Part shown: piece after piece, positions 55,620-64,000 of the stretch
Layout of the letters: each line of letters begins with the position of its first letter
Position numbering within the stretch: the first letter of the stretch is position 1
Notes under the pieces: generated by a model
Told to the model about the DNA's origin: nothing
The model's database searches: none
The model's input: only the letters and a program-made list of their open reading frames with translations
Made by a program: the position numbers and the translations under genes
Source of the DNA: Chrysomallon squamiferum
Taxonomy: Eukaryota > Animalia > Mollusca
Assembly (NCBI GenBank): GCA_012295275.1
Contig: CM022674.1
Location: 17,236,001-17,300,000 of the forward strand
Length of the DNA: 64,000 nucleotides
Direction of reading: 5' to 3'

Positions 55620-58600
55620 ATCATATAAATGTGTTCTGTTAACAGGAGTACATGGTATCCTCTGTTCCATCTCTTTGTAACTTGCAAACAATACATTACT
55701 CTTTTTATAAACATCAACCGTGTCTTTCATGTTGTCTTTGGTAACTATACCAGTCGAAAACAGTTTCCGTATTTGTTCTCCTTTAGACAGTCCTTTTGCC
55801 TGGGAGAACGAACACATCTTTGGATAATTGATGAACAGTCAGAGGTTCATCGTTTAAACCTCTTGTAGCTAACATGGCAAACGCCCCTTCATAACATTCT
55901 GCTGCTATGTGCGGACTTCTTTCATTTCAGCATTTTCTGACGTCAGTCAAGATCTGTTGCATCTGATCAGTCGTCACAGAGTTGTCTGCAATAGGCGCTG
56001 CATAGTACTGTTCTGGTTTCTACAATCATTATTTAACGTTTTATAAACATGATGAGATAGTCATAGTGGTCCTTTTTGTGTACGCTGCATCAAACCAGTC
56101 GATTAAATCAGTTACTTTTGTGGTATGTTATCACAGTATAACACGGTGGTCACCAGCACTAAGTCAGCAGCAATTTGCACAGCGCATTCACTGAGACTGG
56201 ACCGATGTTCATGGATCCTAGAATAAAAATGTACAAGCATTTATACTAATTATTCTCGTTAATATCTACATAAAAATGTGTATTTAATATTAAATGCATT
56301 AATAATTAAACTGAATAATGTAACACTGAGGTTTGCAGAAAAGTATGACACCCAGCTGATTCTCGTGTGCCGTTCTTTAAATACAATAAACCCATTAGAT
56401 TTTTTGAAACTGAATGAAGACACTAATAGACTAAACTTGAAGTAGGTGATCATTTTTGTTTTCAAGATTTATTGATTTAACGCCAGAACTCGAAAAAATA
56501 ATCACCTATCTCGTTCATTTTGAGGCTCACTCCTCTGCAAATGTCACGTGACCGATCACCAACAGACGGGCCTTCAGTACACATTACACCCAGTGGTTAG
56601 AACAGTATAATTCACTTAGACATTTTCCTGATGCTAAAATATTTATTACATACCTGCAGTATTCGATGAACTGGGACAAGCATTATTAGCTGGAAAGGGC
56701 AAAAAATACAACAAATATTGATCAATTTTGGATGAACAGTAGAACTATTAAAGATATTCTAAAGATATTTATTGAACAAAAATAACAAGTTATATTCTAC
56801 GATAAGGTATTGGAAAAATAAACAAAGTTATATTTATGTTAACATATGACAATAATAACAACGTTATATTTTTATATATCCAACTACAGTGTAAACGACG
56901 TATATTTACGTTTAAACAAAACAGCAGAAACAAAGCTAACTTATATACTGTGTAAATAACATAAATACTTACCATGGAAAACATAAGCTAACACTGCACA
57001 CAATAAAAAGATCTGCCATGCAATGTAGGTCTTCATATTTTCTATTGTTTAAACTATTACGTTAACGTCTTGCTAACAACTGTATTACGAAAGTAATCCA
57101 CGTAGTAAAGAATCATGGAAATTGTTGTTAAATGTTATGTAGTGAAGTATTAAACTTGATGTACCAGGAAGTATTTACACCTTGAGTATGAATGCATGTG
57201 TACAATTTTTATACCTGGGCCATAAAATTCACTCTGCCTGTGTTTGAAATAAACTCACAAATATTGTGAATAAATGTTTTTATTTTACACTAGTTTCACT
57301 TTCTTTCCATTGGTTATTAATAAAGACAAGTAACAATTGATTCAAAAGTTAAAAAGATTTTTTATTCACAAAAATCATCATTATTAACTGATTTACAACA
57401 GATTTATTTAAAAAATGGTTAACAAACAAATCGAAGATATTTTACAAATTATTAAAAGGATAATGAGCAAACAGTTTGGAATGATTTTTCATTCTCAATG
57501 TTCACTCATGCCTGTACTGGGCACCCTATTCGAGTAAATTTAGAAGTTAATTTCACTGATAATTAATTACAAACATTTAAATGAAAATTAATAATCATTA
57601 AACATAATTATTATTAATAAGCAAATATGAAATACTAATTATAATAACACATTTAATTATTACCTATAACAGGTACATTTAATTTAAAATGCATGTATGT
57701 AAAATAATTGTTAAATCATAATTATTTTCAGTACGAAAATGTAAACTAATAATTATCATAACAAATTAGGAATAAGCTGAACACTCACAATGACTGTTTT
57801 ATGGCTAAACACAAAGCCTGGAATTCATCTAGTTTTATCACAGTTCAGTTTTTTCCCTTTAGTGGTTTAATAATGTGTTATGAATCTGCTAATGTAAAAA
57901 TATTGTAACAGTAATCTGTCGTGAATAGGGAAGTAAAAGCAATTGTTATACTAAAATATTATGAATGTGCAAATTAAAGTATTATGCTAATATATTATGA
58001 ATATACAAATTAAAGTATTATGCTAATATATTATGAATATACAAATTAAAGTAACTTTTGTAACAATTAGGAATGCGGAAAAACAAAATATTTATTACGT
58101 ATTTGTTTGTTTTTTCTGAATATTCAAATGTAAAATATAACAAATTATGAATGATCAAATGTTAACTGAAAAAAGACAAATAAAAATGTATTACAACTTT
58201 CTTCATTTCAGAACATTTTAGTAACAGCAGTATGTAAGTGCATGCATGTATGTATGTATGTATGTATGTCTGTATGTTTGTAGTCCGTATACTTGTATGT
58301 GTGTGTGTTTATGAGCATATACAGAAAAGATGAACACAATACAAGTCATTAAAATAATTTAAGTGGGATTTTGTATGCATATTGCAAATATAAAGAAATG
58401 AGAAAGAGTTGTGTTAACATATTCAAAAACAGGTTTAATAAAAACTGTAAAGTTATTCTTCAAAAATAAATTATATATATATATATATATATGGTGGGGT
58501 TTTTGGAATATATTATATTGATAGGTCTCTGGAATCATGGATACAAGGTATTTGTGAAGGCAAACACACACAGATATGCACATGTATTGGCACACATGTA

Positions 58601-59689
58601 TACTTACAAACATACATATATAGGCACTAAAGGATACATATACACACATATACAGACACACACACATACATAAAAACATACATACATGTATTCCAGTACA
58701 CTCAAAATTATCACACGTAATTATAAACATCTTTGGTAATATAAATCTTGCGTGTGACAGAAAACTTTTATTTTAAGAATATTGTGGTTTTGTGGGTGTT
58801 TTGTTTAAATGGTATAAATACATACAGATATTATAACACAGCCACTGATAAAGTAATGGTATTATAATATACATGTTAATAATTATAGTGTACAAATGCG
58901 TAATACAGTGATCATAATTAATTGTATAATGACAATATTAAACAAATCATGTCCAATTAAATATACATCTGATCAAAGCAATTTATAGAACGATTTTACC
59001 AGCTGGTGCAAAATATTTGATACATATAATTACAAATAAACAGTCAAAAAATATATTAGTTTGCACATAAAAACAGACATAAAGTATATATATTCATACA
59101 TGAATACACTGAAACATACATTCTGTATATTTATATGTTATAATTTATTGTTTTGGTTCATCTATCAGTGCATCTAACAAAGTATGAAAATAAAATAATA
59201 TGAAATAATGTTAGAAATGAATATGTATTTCAAACCAATTATAACACCCTGTGTTATGTTGCTATACTTAATTATTAATTAAGATTGGACAGCAAAAAAT
59301 ATAAATTAAATGAAATAGAATTTGGAAATATGCAGACTATTTCTTCGTATCACCAAAAATTCATTTAATAAAAACTTTTAGACGACTTTTCTCAAGAAAT
59401 ATTTAAATGCACTTAGCAAATTAATGTAGAATAAAATAATTTAAAAAAAGGGTATTATCGTTTCTGTAATAAAAGAAGAAAAACAAATGTTATGATTCAC
59501 AACTTTTATAAAAATCATTTCAAAACAGTAAGAAAACAAAATACAACCATGTAAGTTAAACTAACAATTTTAAACCTGTAGTTTCTTAATCAGCAATTTC
59601 ATCCAAAGCAATTTCATCCACATGTTGTTAAAATGTCTAACAAGAACTTCAGCTTGGCCTAGCCATTAAAGTTAATTATTTGTTTGTCT

Positions 59690-60361
59690 TCATGTTTCAA
59701 TTGTTCTGTCAATTATTTTCTGAAATGATCCAGACTGATTTTGTACATTCTTCAAGGTCTGAACAACCTGTATATAAAAAGGGAAGAAATAGTGGCAGGT
59801 TATTTTGTGTATGACGTTTACGTAGATATTTAAGTATATTATAACTGTTAGTTACTGGCAAATGATTGCAGTGTGATATCACCCATCATTTGTACAGTAA
59901 GTAACAACTTTTATTTATTAATATATTATTTTTTTAATTCTAATTTCTTATTTTTGTCTTAAATTCATTATTTGATTTAATTAATTAGAGAGAGAAATAC
60001 ACAGAGAGGTACAGATATATATAGCTTTGTTTTGTTCTGTTTTGTTTTTGTTTGTTTAAGTTTTTTTGATGGAGGAATTATTTTTATTCATATTTAAATT
60101 GTAATTAATATTAGACGGGTTTTTTTTTTTTAGGGTTTTTTTGGGAGAGCTGTTAAGGGGAGATCACTCACCTTTTTAATGGTTGGCCTGCAACTCTGCA
60201 TGATATCTTTGTACTGCGGCATCATGTTTGTTACACTGTTCAGCCGCGGCCTGCTTCCACGATTCACCAGCTCTATCACCTGTAAACACACTGCTGTTGT
60301 TTAACACACACATCAACACATCACAGGTGTGTACATACTAATGTCTGTACATACAATCACA

Positions 60362-60411
<50 letters not shown>

Positions 60412-60821
60412 AACACACGCACACAAAAAATCACATCAAACTAACTCTTCCTCGGTGACGATGTCTTCAAATGGGTCTTCACAGACAAACAACTCCCACA
60501 TTACAAGTCCAAACGAGTAAACATCGGCTGCCGTTGTGATCACTGCGTCATCCTCGAGTACAGTGGGGTTCTGCAGTATTTCTGGAGCTGTCCAGCGAAT
60601 GTTGGCTGGACATGCACTGTAGTTACGACGACCTGTAAAGTGACCTGTGTCTTTGTACAGTCCACTTAGTAACTATTCTAAAACTTAATAGCTGTTGAGA
60701 TTAAATTTTATGTTTCTTTTATTTTTATTTTTAAATGAATATTTTAAGATTATATACATACGTACATACACAGACACATATATTCTACATCCATGTTTTC
60801 CATAAAGAAATGGAAACAGAC

Positions 60822-60860
<39 letters not shown>

Positions 60861-62377
60861 TACATACACACATAAACACACACATACATATAAACACATA
60901 CACACTTACTTAAACATAAATGGACAGTCACATATATACACACACACACACACACACATATATACACATACACATGTATACAAAAACTATACATACATTA
61001 ACATATGCAGTTATTCTCTCATATTTATACATACAAACAATAATGTTCAAATATGTACCCTTATTGAATTATATTAATAAACTACTAGAACACATTAACA
61101 ACAGAAAATCTTAAATGGTTTTACATCAGTCTACAGCTTTGCTAATGGGAGATAACTCTGCCAAGAAAAACTCATAATACTGTATACCATAGTTCTTAAA
61201 AGGCATTATGGGTAAAGTATAAAAATATATTTTCTTTATTTAATTTGTTCTTTCTTTCTTTATTTATTTATTATCATTATCAGTACTTTATATAAATAAT
61301 CATTATATGTATAAGATTTTAATTTTTATATTAAATCTCTCATTTTTGCATTAAAATATTCACATAAAGATTCACCAATACCAAGTTAAAAGTTTATTTT
61401 CCTTTTGAAATAAAATCTTGGTCTTCTACATCCATGTTTTTCTCACAGAAATGGGAACAGACTGATACATATTCAATAATTTCTATTTATTGTTCAGTTA
61501 CTGACTCTTGTTCATAACAATAATGTCTGCCATTTTTGTTTCAAGGAATTGTGGGTAAAACTCACAGCAGCAGTCTTCCTTTGTACAGTTCTGTCTTAGT
61601 GGCTGTATCATTTTTGTCAGTCCAAAATCAGCAACCTGAAATTTATAAAAATTTAAATTTATTTATAATTCACCAAATTTGTCTTTAAAAATCTGAAGCA
61701 TAGCCTACAAGAACCTTGTTTGAAACAAACCTCTTAAGAAAATAATAAGAAATTTTATTTAAAAAAAACTACAATTCTACTGACACTGTCAGAACAGTCA
61801 GAGATTGTGTTCATGATAACCATGAATTAAAAAACTCTTTGACAGCAGAAAAACAAAATATTATAGTTGACCACACCAAGCGTGCTTTAACAGATCTTTG
61901 AATGGAATGTAAAAAGTTAGAATGAAATTTAAAATAATAATTCTTTTAAAATTCTCCAGATCTCTTTTAAACAGAAAACTGATTTTTAATTTTTTTATTT
62001 ATTTGTTTTCTTATTTTTCTTAATATTTTATTGTATTTTATTTTATTTTATTTAATTGCTAGATATAAATTACAAGGGATCTTGTATATGCACTTTAACT
62101 AAAACTACTTGGCCTATGATCCAACAATAACAGAGCACTGTCTGACCTGGGAAACAGAATTGGTTGGATTGCAAAAATGTCCCAAAAGAGCTACTACTAA
62201 CAGGGACTAGTCATTAATGCATTCCATACGAGAGCTTTACCTCTAGTCTACACATCCTTCTGCCTAACAACTAAAATGTGTTAGTGTTTACTGATTCTTT
62301 ATCTTCAAATATTTAAGAATAAAAAAAAAAAAAAAAAATTTGATACCGTAGCTGTATCTTTAAACAACCAGGATTAA

Positions 62378-62433
<56 letters not shown>

Positions 62434-63871
62434 TAATTAGTTTTGATACATTAGCAGTATCGTTGTGGAGAAGAAAGAGGTTTCCACAGCAGAGATCTCG
62501 ATGAATGATCGGAGGTTTTGTCGAATGAAGAAAGGCTATGCCATTGGTTACATCAGAACACTGCAAAATAAAACCAAACATTTGATTTAACACAGCCACA
62601 TTCAACAGCCTTCGTGTTCAGCCAACAAAAGCTGTCTTTAGTTTTGAAGTTTACGTGTTTCTAAAATATTGATGATTTGTTAACAGCTGTAATATTTTGC
62701 AGACTTCTGTCAGAAAAGTTTCAGAAATCTGTTATAACTGACTGATAAATCAGGATTATTGGAATAAAAATCTGTTATTGTTTTTTTTGTGATTTATTTT
62801 TAAAACAGTATTTGTTAGTTATAAAGCATAACAAAAAATAATAATAATATTTGTCAAGGAAGTGATAAATTTGTTTTTAGAAGATTACATAAATCACTGT
62901 AAAACGGCAAAACCTATTTTATATATCTCTTTGTAGAAAAAAAAAATCTTCATTGCAGCTTCTTTTATACTTTATTATTAGCAAAGAGTTATCAGCTCTA
63001 TTTAAGCATTCACTTCATAGACTTAAGCTTAGGTAGTGAATAAACAATTATTTAGATTTTCGAAAAATGACTTTAAATTAATTATTCATGGTGCTAGACA
63101 TAAATTTTTAATATTTTGCAGACATACAATTTTGACTCGATGTGGCCATATTGGCTTGAAGTCTCTCATTTTAAGAAGATCTTTTATGCAGCTGCCTTTC
63201 ACAAATTCAGTGATGATACACGGATGTCTGCCACCAATGCACAGTCCCAGCACCTCAACAATGTTTTTATGACGTTGGCGACTAAAAGAGAAAATAAATC
63301 TAAGTTAATTGTATGAAACAAGGGAAACAGTGATGGTGTGAAAACCATATCATTTTTCCAGTAACTGAAACAGCAAATAGGTGACTTCTTAAACACTTTA
63401 TACATATATATATATATATAATGATGTCGCAACTATAGAAAAATGTTGGTGATCAGGTATTTTTAAATTGCATTCTATTTTTTAATCTACTTTATTATTA
63501 ATTAAGATTGCAACCTACAAACCAAAATTATATGTAAAACTCAGAACTATACGGATAACATACAGAGTAGTTCTTCGTATCACCTAAGGTACATTTGTTA
63601 AACTTTATTATTAATAAAGATTGTGGGCCAAAAATAATTACAAAATGTAACTCAGAAGAATACAGACTCTATTTAGAACAGTTCTTTATGTCACTAAATG
63701 AATATTTTAAATGTAGAACTCCGAAAATCTCACCTGGAAGTTTGTAGTAGAATGGTAGGTGTGTTCTACTGAGGTAACACAAGAATCCGATAATTAACGC
63801 CATGAAAAAGAAGCTAAGAATAGCACCAAACATCATAAACATATCACTGCTCTTGCGGTTTTCTAACCTTT
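59690..63871 (-). pseudogene. Single-pass transmembrane TKL-group protein kinase gene, probably damaged; exons 63871-63734 (TM), 63281-63128, 62560-62450, 61635-61566, 60632-60446, 60279-60172, 59767-59690; 5' part outside window
   Basis: TM MFMMFGAILSFFFMALIIGFLCYL; kinase motifs RHKNIVEVLG, IITEFV, AFLHSTKPPIIHRDLCCGN, VADFGL, IRWTAPE, ADVYSFGLVMWEL, GSRP. No Gly-loop/VAxK exon found, two splice-phase mismatches, subdomain XI shortened. Confidence 0.8.
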
Positions 63872-64000
63872 CTGCAAAAAATTTTAATTATCAAGTACTG
63901 TTAATTAGATGGCATTCTCATTAGTGTATTCTGCAGTTACACTCATGCTTGTCATCCAACAGTCCTGCAAAATTTATTAAAATTATTAATTAATTACTGA

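Noticed and set aside
59690-63871. The kinase as a RIPK-like RHIM partner of the STAND receptor
   Set aside because: It is TKL-type but has a transmembrane helix, ends shortly after the kinase domain with no RHIM or death domain, is damaged, and lies >40 kb away. Linkage alone is not evidence.

Overview
AT-rich, microsatellite-rich animal genomic DNA with spliceosomal introns and two 200-N scaffold gaps. It is probably from a mollusc, inferred from the gene families and SINE types. It is not prokaryotic, so most short ORFs in the track are noise. Left third: a multi-exon, minus-strand NLR-like gene with an nSTAND3-type P-loop NTPase and a long, internally near-identical ankyrin array, truncated by a gap. 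Manual exon reconstruction reveals an 87-nt upstream exon encoding a RHIM-like amyloid motif (PTVNIHDCQHFQIGAENNLT) about 55 residues before Walker A. This gives a putative RHIM-STAND-ANK receptor with the architecture of fungal and bacterial amyloid-signalling NLRs. A young full-length Ty3/Gypsy element (LTRs identical by eye, 5-bp TSD, tRNA-Ser PBS) sits in the intron after the RHIM exon. The 5' end of a second copy of the gene occupies 1-3.5 kb. Middle: a ~1.25-kb macrosatellite array, two decayed copies of a DDE transposase, and a TTAGGG-like satellite; the transposase and satellite pairs belong to a ~9.5-kb block duplicated across a gap. Right: a signal peptide-PAN/apple-FReD pseudogene whose last codons are tandemly amplified, SINE relics, and a damaged single-pass transmembrane TKL-type kinase gene. 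All exon models and alignments were made by eye.
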